A stretch of DNA of 64,000 bases from positions 8,216,451 through 8,280,450 of the forward strand of contig NC_134035.1 in assembly GCF_964204645.1 (NCBI RefSeq). Reading direction: 5' to 3'. Position numbers and translations under genes: made by a program. The stretch is from Tubulanus polymorphus (lineage: Eukaryota > Animalia > Nemertea). The notes beneath the pieces are model-generated. The model did not search any database and was not told where the DNA came from. It saw nothing but the letters and a program-made list of their open reading frames with translations. Below are positions 14,061 through 29,429 of this stretch, piece after piece; the stretch's first letter is position 1; each line of letters begins with the position of its first letter.

Positions 14061-17000
14061 CTTTACCAAATCTACGGCTCATTAATGCATGGTTTTTGCC
14101 ATTGCTGTTCGAACGGCACCAAACACTACTTAAAGAACAATTCCTTCAATTCTTACTTACCTTTTAGTTCCATATTTGAAGCCTTTGTCGTACACTTAAA
14201 CTGGTATTGAATTTGGGAATGACGTTCACCCGTATTGTTTGGCAAACGTTTTCATTATTCTGGTACGGTCGAGGTCGTGTGAAACGTGTGATCGTTCACC
14301 TTCAAGTTTCATGAAGAGTTAATGAACAACATGAACATACATGTACAACCGTGGATGAACAATGGATACTGTAATGATTCGATCTCGAGTTGATGTGTTA
14401 TGTATTGGGAGAGAGGCGTACGCATGTACTGGGTACATCTCAGCGTGGGAAACATGGTTTATGTACATGCATATGTGCAAACTAAATGTACATGCTGATG
14501 TACTGTTGACTCCGCTAGCCTTAGATCTCATGGGACTAATCATCAGTTTTCTCCGAGGTGTAAGTGCATTACTGGGGGGCATTTAGAGCGAGAATGGGTC
14601 TTCATCCCGTTTGAAATCGAGTACAAAATTAAAAAACTAATTCCGGGGCACGTGATAAAGGCAAACTGAGTCTGCTGTATAAGTGAAGACAAGCGCATTG
14701 CGTGCACATAGAATTGTGTATACTTACGCGAGTGCATCAGCTCGTGTACATGACATGTGCATACATATGCGTAGTTTTCATACGGCACGTAGAGAAAATC
14801 CATGTATGTACATGAACATCAGTACAACATGCATGTACATGTACCGTACATGGTTATAGTATCCATATGTTTCTAGTGTACATATATGTTCATGTGTGTA
14901 TCGACGCGCAAATCATTTGATATATACATGTCATTTGAGATACATGCACATCAATTGGTATTTGATACATGCGTGTCATAGTCTATGTTTCCGCAGGGTA
15001 GGATCCAAGGGAATGGTGCATGGCTCATAAAAATCTTAAGTTCCCCTGAAATTTTATGGGAAAATGAAAAAATTCTAAACCGATACCTAAAAAAGTTAAT
15101 GTTCATAAGCTCTGTATTTCCAAAATTGAGTTAAATGTTTTGCTATGAGCTTTTTTCGGGATGCCTTTTCAATTCTACGATATGCCCTATTTTAGAGGTG
15201 AACCCCTCCCTGAATCGGACCCTAGATCCGCCCCTGGTTCAGCCAGATGAATTCGTTGTAGTTTCACCAACGCGCGCGTGTGTGTGCTGGTGCTCAGCTC
15301 AGTTAACAATCAATCAAACACTTAGGTATAAATCAATCAGACAAAACCAACTGTGTTAGAATTATTAATCTGTTTTGCATATTTTTCACGCATGGTAAGA
15401 ATTGAAGCCGATTCGGTAAATATCGTTTCGACGACGTTGAAAAATATAGCATAAAAATATAATTGTAAATCGACTATGAATGTTTGAAAAAAACTTGTTA
15501 GTTCATGTTGTAACTCTGTCCAAAACAGTGTTTTTGTTACTAGGCCCTTTCAGTCACCCCGGACCTTCCATGCATTTTGTTTTTATGGTGCTAAATATCT
15601 TGTTCGACGGATAGCGTTTGTCAGTTGTACGGGACGACCGATCAATAGGATGATTACTCAATACGTGTGCGCGTGTGCATGAGTGCCTCTGTAGGTATTG
15701 TGTGTCATCCTCAATTTATACAAATTAGCATTGAATTGTTTGTCTATCGTGCTATTTTCAGTATTGGGTCCACATTTTCATGAAAATATTGATAAGATTC
15801 CAAGTCGCTGTTGGTTACCTCGCTTAATAATCCGGATCAATTTCGATCAAATCTTGTCACGATTGTACTCTAACGGTATGCGCAAAGCAGAATATGAATT
15901 TCGATTCGGTTTTTTCATTCTTGGATGAATTCTGATATGGGATTTATTGTATCTGGCGGCGGTATGATTGCGTATGCGTAACGTCCCTCCAGTGCACAAT
16001 GATGATGTCTTCTTGTTGGACACAGTGATGAGTAAAACATACTTAAGCGTTCTGGAGTTTCTGTTCACCCAGCGAGCTATTATACAAAATTTACTGTCTT
16101 GTTTTGTGCTAATCAAAATAGTTAGAATATTCCATTGCACATTAACTTTTGTCAACTTCGACTATTTTTCAAGTTTTCTTATAGTTTTATTTCATTGAAA
16201 CTTTTTACGATGAACTTCAGGACCTAGTTCCACAGTTGTGAGTTAGTGTTAACTCTGAGTTAAAGTTAGTTCATTTTCAATGAGTTGACTCAGAGTCAAA
16301 TCTTAACTCAGAACTGTGGCACTGGAACCAGGGGACTAGAAAATGCGTTGGTTAAAACTGGTTCATTGTATCTACCGGTGGTATGAAATTATTGAAATCT
16401 TCCTATTCGAAATGAAATTCTCCGATTTCAATTCGGCATTTTTTTCTGAAGATATCTAATAAATACTTCTTGCTGGCGATTAACTATATTGGTCGGATTT
16501 ATCAGATGAAATAAACAGAATATTTTCCTAGCCTATTAAGATTCGATTTCCATCAACGGGACCCTAACCTGACTCGAGCTTTAGAGATCCCGATGAGATG
16601 GTGCCTCTGAAATTCCCCTATGACGTCGATGATCTATCTGAGACCTATTTACTCAATCAGGGGCCAGTTTCACGAGGCAAATCATAATGAAATCACCTCG
16701 TCGAAGTCATCGAATCAGGGAAAGTTGTTATTAGTTTGCTGCATAAAACTGGCCCGAGGTTTTTGGTTGAATATTCTCAGGCGTTATATTCGATGTTTTA
16801 GGGGATTCGTTGAGGCAGCCGTTTTATCAGCAGAATGCCCTCTGCGAGTAACTACAGGCAGTATTTATTATTAAGTAAAATTAATCAAACTCATTATATA
16901 TATGTACATGTATCATTAAAACCGTCATTATTTAATTCGTTTATTTCATTTCATTCATTAGCTCATTCGGCGACTATACAGCGTGTCCTAGAAGAAAGCT

Positions 17001-18020
17001 ATAGTGATTGTTAATTTGATATGGTTTCGCCCCATCAACCTTTGGGTGTTTATAAACTATGCTATGAGTTTTGAAGGCCACTGGCCGAGCAACATTCAGT
17101 GACTGAAAACGTGACAACATAAAAAATTAACATAATTTGTATCGATCATGTCCCAATGAGATGTGAGCTTGAGGAAAATGATTCTCATGATTAATTTGTA
17201 ACTGTCTTTTTGAAATCATGTTTCAGTTCAGTTGTTATGTATATAGCAAGTCCCCAGCAGCATTGTTTTTTGCGAACGAACTATGGTGTCTCGCGCAAGA
17301 GATCTATAGCTTAGCAGGCTAAGGCGAATTGATACCTTGTTTCTCATTTCTGCTCAGCTTAAAAATTGACCCGCCCGGCCGCCTATCTACCTCGTGTAAA
17401 ATCGTGATCAAGCTGACGATGATAGACCAACTATAAGCTGAAGGCTACTATAGAAATGAACTGATTACAAAATAACAACAAATTTTCTTGCAGTTTACAA
17501 AATGACTGCTGATAAGGAGAAATGAGGTTCATGTTTCACTTTAAGCCCATGACAATCTAAGTCATCCCATTTTGTCATAGCGTAAGTAACTGAATGCTGC
17601 TCAGCGAGACCCTAAAAATCAAGTCATAATATATAGTTATTCAACGACCTGAGGTTGATGGAAAAATTGGTTTTAGTTACTATAATAAACAGGCAGTAAT
17701 GAATAGCTGAAAACTTTTCCCCCTGACGCGCTGTACGAATAGGTTTAACGTCTATGTTGTTTTGAGTTGTTGTATTTTGGTGGCATTGAATGGTATCTTT
17801 GAATGCATTTCGGTTTTCGTTCGTTCGTTCAGTAGTTTCGACTTCGTGGCGAAAAGTGATGTACATTATACATATACGTGTACATGTGCGCTACGTTCTT
17901 GCGTTCTTGACGCGGACAAAAAAAATCTATGTAGAAAAATGAAACACGTTATCATTATCCGATGATATGTGATGATAATGATAATTATATATTTTTGTTA
18001 AAAAAAACGATGACGATGAT

Positions 18021-18207
<187 letters not shown>

Positions 18208-20976
18208 CTATGTGGTATACTGTAACACAGACACACACAACAATATTCTAGAGAAATGAAATATTAACGAGTTTGTATCTTTGAGGCAGCTATTGGGGTC
18301 TGTATAGCTGAAAAAGCTACTCCGGCCTCGGCCAAATTCGTATGATACGCCATGGACGTATAAACTGTCCACGGACCTTGGACCTTGGAGTAATCATTTG
18401 ATTACTCCAAGGATAGACCTAGGAGCGATTATCTTAACATGTATATGTTCACTGGTATGCTTCACGCGAGACCATTCCCAGAAAATCGTCCATTACCGAT
18501 CGCTTGCCGTCTGCGGTTTGATAATAGCAACCTGGCGCTAGTCAGATTAACCTGATGATTGCTCGTAGGATACACTTATTGACAGTTGAACCCAGTGTCC
18601 AGCTGGTAGAGCGTCGTGACTCTAAAAGTCCAAAAGTGGTCTAAATCGTAAAAGACCGGTCTTAGATATTTTGATTGGCTATATAGCTTTAGAACCAAGA
18701 TGGGCTCTAGACTAACTAGTCGCGTTAGCCTTGACGCGTTGATTTAACAAATGGGTTTACTAAACCATGTGCCATAAGCGTGAAACTTAAATCGATTTAC
18801 AAAGATGCAGTTTCGTAAAAGCGCCTCTAGTAATTGGTTCACTCAGCCCTGGTAGGTAACGCCGGTTGTTTGGTTCGCCGAGCCAGGCTCTACGCGTAGA
18901 CCAATCCGTACGCGTAACCAACTGTCGCAAACTTGTATTCTGTGAAGGTCTTGGACAATTTTCCGGGTAATAAGTACGTAGGTTATCAACCGGGTCCGTG
19001 ATGTGTATAAATCGATTCATAAACGAAAATTGTGACCGCGGTTGCTGTAATTTAGTATTCACTTGCTCACCCACCTGATGCACACCTGATCTCCACGCCT
19101 TTTCCGCGCGTGGTGTCGTTGTACCTATATTTTTTAGAAGATGGTGTTTGAGGTGTATTAATATGTGTATTTTGTGCTGTTCATTGCGCTTATTTTACGT
19201 TGCAAGCTAAAACCTCTTAAGCCGCCCGCGCACAGACATAATCACCATCCTCCTTCGGCAGGGATTCGAACCTGATGGCATCGTTAGACACGGCACTAAC
19301 CCCTGCAACACTAGAGCGTGGGAGTGCAGGTTCGCTGAGGCAAATTTTACGGAAAAATATAAATGGAAAGACCTGGCTAAAATGAAATGGGATATTTGAT
19401 TGGCTAATAACGGCATCATCTAAGCTGCGAATGTAGCTGCACCCTCGGGCTAGTGAAGCAGGATTTCGGGCTGTGGCGCGGTCTCGATGCCATCGGGTTC
19501 AAAACCCGGCCGAGGAGGATGACACATATGAAACAAAAAAATGTGAGGTTTCACGGCACGAATGTATTTTGTTTTCTTGGTGCTGTGCCCTGCGGAATAA
19601 AACAGTTTTTCGATAAAACGATTGTTCGGACGAATCTTTATTTTCTACCGTCAGATCGTTTCCGAATGCTGTCGTGCCCGCCCGGCTTAAGCTTCAAATC
19701 CCACCGGATTTTTTACGGTATAACATGCGATGCAGTTAAGCATCGGCCGTTTGTGTTTTCAATTATTGAAATTGACCCAGTAAAATGATTACGTTTTAAT
19801 CGTTGCGTCTTAACCAACATTGGAAAAACTATGAAATGAGTTCAACTAAACCAAGTATTTATTGATCGTATGGGGTAATAATGATAGTCTAAATGTAAAA
19901 CGGTTTAAATTCGTGCGTTCGAATACATGTACTTCAAATAATATTGTAACAATCGTATTGTGACTATCGGGACAAATTATTGTCCAATAAAGACCCCAAT
20001 TTGATCCAGCCGATACCAATTACAGTGAGTAGTTCGTGTAGAACCCTCTGCGCGAGGGTGTGACGGTGCCGGCTCGACTGCGTCGTGTTATTCAGTATTT
20101 TTCGATTCGGCCGTTTTATCAACTTTTTCTTCAAATCTGAATCGATTTAAGAATCTCATTTTCTACTTAATGAATATCTAATTCGGAGTTCGCGCGAGAG
20201 AGTATTTGACTGCAAAACGGCGTCGTGTTCAGTTTTGGAAACTATAGCCGTTGCTTCAAAATCAAATCGCTTTTTCGTAACTCGCCGCTTCGTCAGTATG
20301 ATATCCTGTTGTGTTGAAAGTAAACCATTCAATCGGGGTTAATGACTAGAGATACTGTTAGCGTAGTTAGACTTTTCATCTCAAATTCTATGAGCCATTT
20401 TGAAAAAAAGTTAAGCATTTGAGTTGAAACGTTAAAATTCTCTTAGAGTTTTCTTTGATGTTGGATTATTTCGTTCTACTGAATAGGACTAACAGTCCGG
20501 TTACTGACTAAAGCTACTTGTAAGATCGGCTTTTTTCTAAAAATATCCGATCGTGAAACTAAACTTCAGCAAGGGTTTCCCGTGAAATCGGCTGTTTAGG
20601 CTAAAAATTGATACATTGTTTCTCCTTTCTGCTGAGCTTGTGTTAAACTTTAAGTTGACCCTGTTCATTACGTTTTTGAAAATCATGATCAAGTAAGCCA
20701 TACCAAACCCGGCAGATAAAAAAAGTGACGCGGCCGATATAGGAGAAACAAGGTATCATTTTCAGCCTTATACGAAAATATTACCTTATCCTTGGCGCTC
20801 ATTTCGTACTGACAGTAACGCGTGTCTCCTTTGCTTGCTGTTGGTTGCATCCCAACAAAATACTGTGCTTTTAGAGAAATAGCCAAAATGATTGAAAAAT
20901 CTAATTCTCGTGATTTATGATTGTATTAATCAGATATTATTTTGATTAATGTGTATAAGATATTTTGTATTAATTC

Positions 20977-21109
<133 letters not shown>

Positions 21110-23039
21110 CGACGATAGATTACGATTTAACGATGAAGTTATTATTACCAAAGGAAATCTGTTGCTTTATAAGTTTTGAAACGGTGTAATAAAATGAACC
21201 TCTTTCGCCCGTATATTATATATATGAAGAAGGTCGCGTTCGTGACAGCGCGTGTCGGACGAGATTGAGTGAGATTTTAGCATGTACTATAATACATACA
21301 TACGTTGTTGTGGTGATGATGTCATCGAAACTCAAAATAAATGAATCAAATGAATAAAACAAATCTAGTCTTTGGACAAAGTATGGTAAATTGTTCTTGT
21401 TGTCTAGTGTTGTTTTTTGGCGACTTTCAATTTTGAATCGATCGCTTCTTCGGTGGAGATTTAAGGATTGAACGTAGGTAGCTGCAGCGGCAACGTTTCT
21501 TCATACTATCGGAGCAGTAACCCCCAGCTCCCCCTCCAGAAATTTTGGAAAAGTGCCCTTTTTGTCAATATTGTTACCGTAGAACTACCCTTCGGGTTTC
21601 GAATAATAGCTGCCTCTGTGTGACGATGTGCTAATGCGTCAGCCTAAGATTAATTCTTTTAATGAAGTTTTGTTGACATTTCCAGTCGCCATGTGGCAGA
21701 ATGACAATGTTTTAGCTGATCCTCATCGTTCGATTGGTGGAGGGGGCATAGATTCCACTGATTGAAAATGTTTCGGTTTCGCAATTATAGTACCTCGATA
21801 ATGGTCCACAGTAGACTCCTTGCGGCTTACTCTCTGATTTGAAAACATTTCTTACCGAATTGACTGATACCGAGTAAGGCGGAGGGAGTCAATGGATTGT
21901 GGATTCAACTAAAACGTCTACCCTCATGAACCCAAACCGACGAAATGTTTCAAATTTGATAGATTTTAATGGATTACCAATTCATTTGTACTTTGAGAAT
22001 ATACAATAAGATAAAACCTACATTGTATAGATTCAAAAGTGAGGTCGGGTCGTTTTTTTTTATAAACCGCAATTTCAATTTGTAAACAGTTCGTTTATTA
22101 GCTGCCGGGTCTGTTATCGTTAGCCTGATCATAATTTAAAAAGAAGTAACGTACAGAGTAAAATAGGCGGCCGACCTTTTAATTCTTTTTTAATACTTTT
22201 AATTCAAGCTCGGCAGAAATGAGAAAACGTATCAATTGCTTTTGCCTGATCTTTTATATTTGGATATATTTTGTTACAAATTCATTCTATTGCGGTCAAG
22301 CCTCAAATACTGAAAAAAACCAATTAAAAAACTTGAATGAACCGATCGTTTTGTTTACTGATAGTTTTATTGAAGTATATCTCTTCGTGTATGTTCCATT
22401 TTTACATTATAAATGATGTATATACGACCATCCTCTTTTTTTTTATCGACGAAAGGTATCGAAAAACAGTCGATAACTACATATATAGTTCGAATTATTG
22501 TCGACGTAAAACGAACACCCTCACCACCCACTAATAACGAACTATTCTTCCATTTTTCAATCCATGCTACGCCGGGATGTAGAGTCTGTCTCAGAAACAA
22601 ATACCTTTCGTCTGCCGATGTTGGGTGCCCGGATGTAGTTATTCGCATATAACGAATCAATACCGCTTTTTCTCTTCTCGAGATTATTTATAACATACAA
22701 TGATAACAATAACGTTAGTTTAATAAAAGTGAGACTTGTGTGTGCGAGCGTGAGAACTGATTTAAACAAGATTTCGTTTTTCGTTTTTCAATTCGTGTGT
22801 ATAGAGAAAATAATAATGCAGCTTAAAAATGCGCAGCGATAACTGTCAACGTAAATAAATAAATAAATAGATAGATATAGATATGAAAAAGCGTATAACA
22901 ACGTGTTTATAACGAGCAACAACGGCATACGACTAACTTCTTTAACTAAAACAAACTTTAATGGCCGTAGAAGTTGCTCGTTTCATTTTGTTATCTTTCC
23001 TATATACTCTCCGTCCCCTCTCGTTTCTGTCCTGGTTCT

Positions 23040-25232
23040 CTATGATGTTCTGTTCTGGTGGTATGTCGTTGTTGCCGGTCCCCCTGTTCCGTCCGTTCTA
23101 TAGACAGTCGTGCATATATAAGCATTTATTTTACGCGATTCTAAAATGTATGTATAATATGATATGCAGCTGAAAGCGTGCCGATTTTCACTCGGTTCTA
23201 CGCGCGCGCGCGTTTGTGATGCGAGAATTCATTTTTTTTTCAAAAAACGCGGACATTGGTAAACGACCGATTCGATGTATATACAGAAGATATATATATA
23301 ATATTATTTATATATAATCGCGATGACGCTGTCACTACGAGTTGAACGTTTATTGCGGAGCGGCATCAGACGGTACGTTCCTGAAAGATACAAACGAGAA
23401 ATTACATTTAGTTGGGTTTTTTGACGCCGTAAAACCCGTTACAATAATGTTTACATGGGTTCTGCGCGAGTCGATGTGCACTACGTCATCGATATTAGCG
23501 TTTCAAAGTAATTGATATATGTTACGTATCTTATGTATCATTTTCCAAAGCGTCAATAAACTTTTAAGTTAGTTTGCTTTATTCTGCGTTTAATAGGACT
23601 GTAAGACTTTGGTGGCTGATTCGGGCCATAGTAAAAAAAATGCTGCACGGCTAGAGCAACAACGATAAAAAGATTTTCACCTTTGGCCCGTTTTTTTGTT
23701 TTCTCGCGCGAGTTTGGTATTGTCGTGCGAGAAAACAAAAACATGGGCCAATGTAAAAAGTTTTTATCCAGCTTCTATAGCCAGTCAGAAAAATTTTTCA
23801 AACCAAAACGTTTTGTTTTCTCGCGCGAGAAAACCAAACTTTTTGGATTCTCACGCGAGAAAACCGAAATGTTTTGAATTCTCGCTCGAGAAAACCAAAA
23901 ACAGGCTAATGTGAACATCTTTTTATCGTTGCTCAAACCGTACAGACAAATTTTTTAGTATGGCCCGAATCAGCCACCATAGTAAGACCGACATGTGCAG
24001 TTTAGATCTAAAACCAGTCGATGGCCATTTTAGTTCTGCAAGACAAACTAATGCCCCTTTTTGGACTCAAGTCATGGCTGTCCAACTGACTGCTAGATTT
24101 GTCTTGTATTTTCTAGCTATGATGTTAACGAGAATCATGCCGAAAGCTAGCGTTAGGTGATTAGTAACGAAACACGTGGCATCGGATGAATTAACCTTTT
24201 CCTTGTTTAAGTTCAAGACCAGTTTAAGCTCATTTTGATTTTATTTCAACTGGAGAACTATCTTGGGATACAACAATCATTTTTTTTGGACCTAAGCCAA
24301 TTTGGTTATTTATGCAATCGTTAGCACGTAGGGTAAATCCATCAGTCGCATGGGTTACCTTAGCTTAGCTTTAGTAGCCATGACTGTTCAACTAGCCAGG
24401 GCGTTTGTCATATATGTATCGGTTTTCGATTTGAGAGATTTGAAATGGCTACTTACGACATCTCGCTGGCTTCGTTGCCGAATTGTTTACCAGTGTCCAT
24501 GCTCAATGCACCGGCACCGCCGCCGAAACCGTAGCCTTTAGGTCCGAACTTCCTGCCGTGGCACTGGCGACAGTAAACCTTGCCTTCGTGTTCCGACGTC
24601 GTAGTACTGTCCAGATACTTATTGCACATTCCTACAAATTCGTGACACAGAACATCTTTACTATACGGCGACATTCGATACTACTTTCGTAAGAAGAAAC
24701 AATTATTATCTAGCATTTTATTCGCGAATCTCGATGATAGAAATGCCCTTCCACGGAAATTCCCTTCCACGGAAATTTCATACATCCTGATATTAGATTG
24801 CCATTGCTTTAACCACAGGAACTTCCATCACATATTTTAGATGTAAATATTTTTTATATCTTTCAAAAAGAAAAAGAATTACTTAGATGACGCACGAGGT
24901 AGTTATTTAGGACAAAGGCTCTGGTTAACTATATCTTAATAGTTGTTACATGAAATTCCACGTGGTTCATTCATGAACTCGGTAACTATCGGAAACGAAT
25001 GATGTAGCTATTTCACGTTTTATGCCATTGCATGTCGTAATAACCATCATCTGAAGTAAACAGTGACGGCCAGTATGACGTGTATATGTGACGTCCGTCT
25101 AAAGTGTATATACCCACCACATTTCAAACACTGTTTGTGCCATTTCTTTCCGGCAGCCAGTCTCTCCTCTGCGGCGTACACAGCCTTGTTACATCCTGGG
25201 CACTTTTCGACTACTGGTGGCTTCCAAGGCAT
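23040..25232 (-). CDS. Single-LIM cysteine/glycine-rich protein (CRP/muscle LIM protein, Mlp60A-like), ~115 aa; coding exons 25232-25118, 24631-24457, 23097-23040
   Basis: [81 protein letters not shown] is a LIM domain followed by the CRP glycine-rich motif. Splice phases match (1, 2). The last exon is inferred from phase and an in-frame stop. Confidence 0.88.
23608..23981. mobile_element. MITE in an intron of the LIM gene
   Basis: TIRs TTTGGTGGCTGATTCGGGCCATA / TATGGCCCGAATCAGCCACCATA, flanked by direct repeat GTAAGAC (23601-23607, 23982-23988); internal TTCTCGCGCGAGAAAA repeats. Confidence 0.85.
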
Positions 25233-25402
25233 ATTGCTGCTGAAAATTATGATGAAAATATTAGTCGAAATTCAGTTAGTTTCTTTGTTTTGATGAAAAA
25301 GTTATGGACGAAGTCGTGACGTACGTTTATTGTAATGTTTAGTTTTCTTTTAGTTATATAGTATCAACCATTGGTGAAACACTATCATTCCGTGTTGTAA
25401 CG

Positions 25403-25619
25403 ATATACAGAGAATCCGACACCAATAAAACGAGAAAGATAAAGTCCGAAAAGTTTCCTTATGCTAATAATTTATTGATTCAACGTTTCGACTATAGCCT
25501 AATTCCTGAAGATGACTATAAGGTTATAGTTGAAACGGTGAATCAATAAATCATTAGCTTGAAGGAAACTTTTCGGACTTCATCTTTCTCGTTTTATTAG
25601 CGTGGGATTCTCTCTATAT
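25403..25619. mobile_element. Inverted Penelope-like LTR relic (palindrome) carrying a minimal hammerhead-ribozyme core
   Basis: ~95-bp inverted arms; CTGAAGA-T-GACTATA-AGGT-TATAGTT-GAAA-CGGTG at 25506-25540. Confidence 0.6.
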
Positions 25620-28600
25620 ACATATAGTTTCTTTCTCGAATAAACCGAAATGTTTAGGTAAAAGATTAATATGAAGCAGTCTGTGGTGGTACATTCAGTG
25701 CGGTTCATGGGATTAGCGTGGAAATAAGTAAGCAACTCGTTGATCTGACGAAAATTGTCAAACGAACCTACCGACGCTTTTTATTAAATGAGCTTGATGA
25801 ATTACGTGCTAGATATGTTACCTAATTGTCAATATGAAGTAACGCGATATAGAGTAATGTTTATTATTTTCGCTAGGAAAAAATACACAGCCCGTATTTA
25901 CTAGTAGACAGATCAGTATCCTATACGATCGAAATGTCGATGACGTAAAAAATGAGGTATTCCTGCTGTTAATAATTCGCCTATCGCTCCTAACAGTTAC
26001 AATGTGTTTACCACCGCGCGATAGAAATTCCGTTAACTCTGATGCAACAACGAATGAATATACTGTGTAAAGCTATATAGGGAATCGTTCGATTTAAATT
26101 CATTTCGGTGTATAACAACAATTCCTGTGTTGTTGATTCATTTTGGCGGTTCTAACCCAAAATCTGATCGTCCACAAAACAATTTGCACTATAAGAAATC
26201 CGACAGATTAGGCTTTAGAAAAATCATCCTTCGTTTCTCCTTATCGGCCGAGTCACGCGATAAAATTTGTAATCAGTTAATATCTATAGCTGCCGGGTCT
26301 GTTATTGCTAGCATGATCATAATTTGAAAAAAGGCTAAGCAAAAATAGAAACATTTATCAATAATTTTAACCGATAGTCTATGATTTACAATATGTTATG
26401 GTGGAATTCGAACAAAGTCTACTTTCAGTAAGATTGTACATCATTATGGGTGTGTGTGTATTCAAAATATCTAGAATTATGTTTTCCGTAATACAAAAAG
26501 CAAAAATAACCAAAATCAATCTCGATCAGCTTTATTGATCGGATTGTATATCGGATATATTTCGTTGAAGTCCAACGTGAGTATGATGTAGTAGTTCCTA
26601 ATTTGCATAGAAATCTCAAAACTTTCGAAGTATTATCGAGTATCACATACGTACTCATCGCGTGTATTCAGAATTTCTCAAACGAACATATTCTAAATGA
26701 AATATTGATAAGCTAAAAATATTTTAAGTGAATCAAATTGCCTCGAATATGTTTTACTTCAACGTCTCTCCGATTCGCCCTCGAACCGTAAACCATTTAT
26801 ACTTTATATGTCAATGATTCCAGCTTCGCTCGGTTGCGGCTTATTTTTGTAAGTGTTACGTGCTATGTTTTTGCCTCGCCGGAGAAACGAGATCGTTTTT
26901 TTAATCGTAGCTTTAGTCGAATAACGTACTGCAGTCAGTTTTGCGCCCGGTTTTGCGCCCGGTTTTGCACCCGGTCCTCGACGAGTCGTAACGAAGAAGC
27001 CGTTTATAGCGTTACCCGCCTACCAGTATCGGGTGTAAACGAAAAGCTTATACTTAGCTACCGTGTAAAAATAGAACCGAACCTGCGCGCGAATACCGAT
27101 GCATACTTTTTCTTACCCGGTGACCTGCATTTATTCGTTCGCGCACTATATCTATTAGTATTCTTTTTTTAATCTTATATTTAAACTTGAGACTTTGTCT
27201 GAAATTAAGAAATTTCCTCGCTTCCGGTGGTAGACTGCGATGTAAAGTTCGAGGAATTTTCGAATTTGGGGAGGTATAATAAATCGGGGTTTGAATATTA
27301 GACTAAAGAAATTTAGACTAAAGAAATTGATATCTTGTTTCTCCGTTTGCTGAGCTTAAAACTAGACCCGGCCGGTCGCCTACTACCCTGAACATTACTT
27401 TGTTTAAAATCATCAGGCCAAAGACCCGGCAGCTATAGAAATGAACTGATTGCAAATTTTAATGGAATTAAGCAATTTAATGAGAGGCCACTGTGGAAAA
27501 AAAGTATCATTGCTTTAGCCATTTGATAGTTAGAACAAATTTTATGTGTCTGGTACGTTACTTTTCCAGTAGATATTTCTCTTTCTTTGTAACTTTGTAT
27601 ACATTGTTTTCTACTTATCTTTGTTTCATTGACAATCACATTATTTGATTATGATGAATGAAAAAAAAAACTTTAAACTAACTTATCGAATCGAATCATC
27701 GAAACGTATCATATACATCTAATATCTATATATTTGTCTTGAGAACAAAAAAAAAACGAGAATTTTTGCCACGTTTACCAAACAACGGAACTATAAAAAA
27801 AGAACGGAATCGATTTCATTCACATGGAATATTTTGAGAATTTTCTCGGGCCCTTTGAATTTTAACGTAGTCAGTATTCAGTGCAATGAAAAGGTACCAT
27901 CGATGTGAAAGAAAAAAAGCAAATGATGACTAAAAATCTTTTTATCGGCTGTTTGCTAACAGCCACCATTAGGTGGAATACTGAAACTGTGGATCTCATT
28001 TTTCCACGCATTTCATTAACTGGCTGTTCAATATCTTCCTGACAATGCTATATATATTGAACGAACCTTTCCTTCGATGACCAAATCTACTATTCTCCAA
28101 TAAACACGGAAACAAATCAGGTTTTGAACAAAAACTAGAACGGATAATACGATTGCAGTTCAATCGGATAAACTAAACCCTAAATAACTACAACTATTAG
28201 AATAAACTACAAAATTACATGTTTGTATTGTTGTATTCCATTTTGATGCTTTTGTATTTCTTTTTTCACAAATGAAATGATTTCCTGAACAGCAACTAGA
28301 ACACGTCTAGAAATCTTATTGTTTTTTACATTCAGAGTCCAGATTATCGATACGATAGATCAATCGTTCACTAATCGAATTTGATTTTTAAACACGATGA
28401 AAATACGAATGATGATTCACTTAGATGATTATAGCGACCTACCTTGATGGGTACTTGAGTTGTGTAAGGAGATGCTAACCTTATCCGAGTGATCGTCGAT
28501 GCCGAATGACAAACCCTGGAGCCGAAACCGACGCTCGCGAGCAACAACAATTCCAGCTCACGTGTAGCTGCTGCAACTATTTTTTGTTTACGTACGCTCC

Positions 28601-29276
28601 TTTCGAACCGCAGCGGTTTTAAACACACCTACATGCATACGATTTACTTTTGGATCGGGGTGAAAAAATTCGCGGAAACTATAACGCACACACACGGTTT
28701 ATCGAGTCGATTATCGGAAGTGAATTATAGTGTTTGGGTGATGTATACGCAGTACACGTGTACTGGACTTTAAGATTAGTGCATGACTCTTTTTTGCAGT
28801 ATTCGTCTTAGAACGGTAGTGTCACGATCGAAAACCTCCTCAAAAACTTTTCATATCATAAGAAATCTAAATCAACGAGAACTGCTGATGGCCAATGTGA
28901 CGCGCTGTGACGTCAGACGCATAACCTCCACTGGGATAAAACAGTGCATAGAAGCTCGAAATCTTGGAAATCTAATAATAGTAAAACTAGGCGCTCGAAT
29001 GAATTGAATGATTTAGTTTATTTGTCTCATAATACTTATAACATAAAGGTAAAATTTCGTTAGGTTAATTGTGCAATAAGTAGACGAAATAAACGACATG
29101 AGCTGAAAAAATGAGATGCTCAGCTTTTCAAACACGAATAGCATATATGTAACCCATACATCCACTTTCTATAATACGAAGAGTGAAGCATTAGTTAAAG
29201 TTTTAAAAGACAATTGTTTTGTCGCACGTGGTACCCTACACCGTTTATTGAACTATATACCGGCTTGTTTGATATA

Positions 29277-29429
29277 AGTAGAACTGACTTAATTCGGATG
29301 ACTAGGGACTGCCCCGAATTATGCATTATAGTATAGTTTATACACGGGTTCGGGTAAATGGACCAAATATTTCATCCGAATTAACTGAAATTTCGGATCG
29401 AAAAATCCGAATTAAGCGAGTTCTACTGT
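29277..29429. mobile_element. Tigger/pogo-like MITE; partial second copy at 32708-32850
   Basis: Ends AGTAGAACTGACTTAATTCGGA ... TCCGAATTAAGCGAGTTCTACTG; near-identical repeat at 32708-32856. Confidence 0.6.

Noticed and set aside
18590-18630. Possible tRNA gene (CAGCTGGTAGAGCGTCGTGACTCTAAA)
   Set aside because: Only D-arm and anticodon-like half; no T-arm or acceptor pairing; probably a SINE fragment
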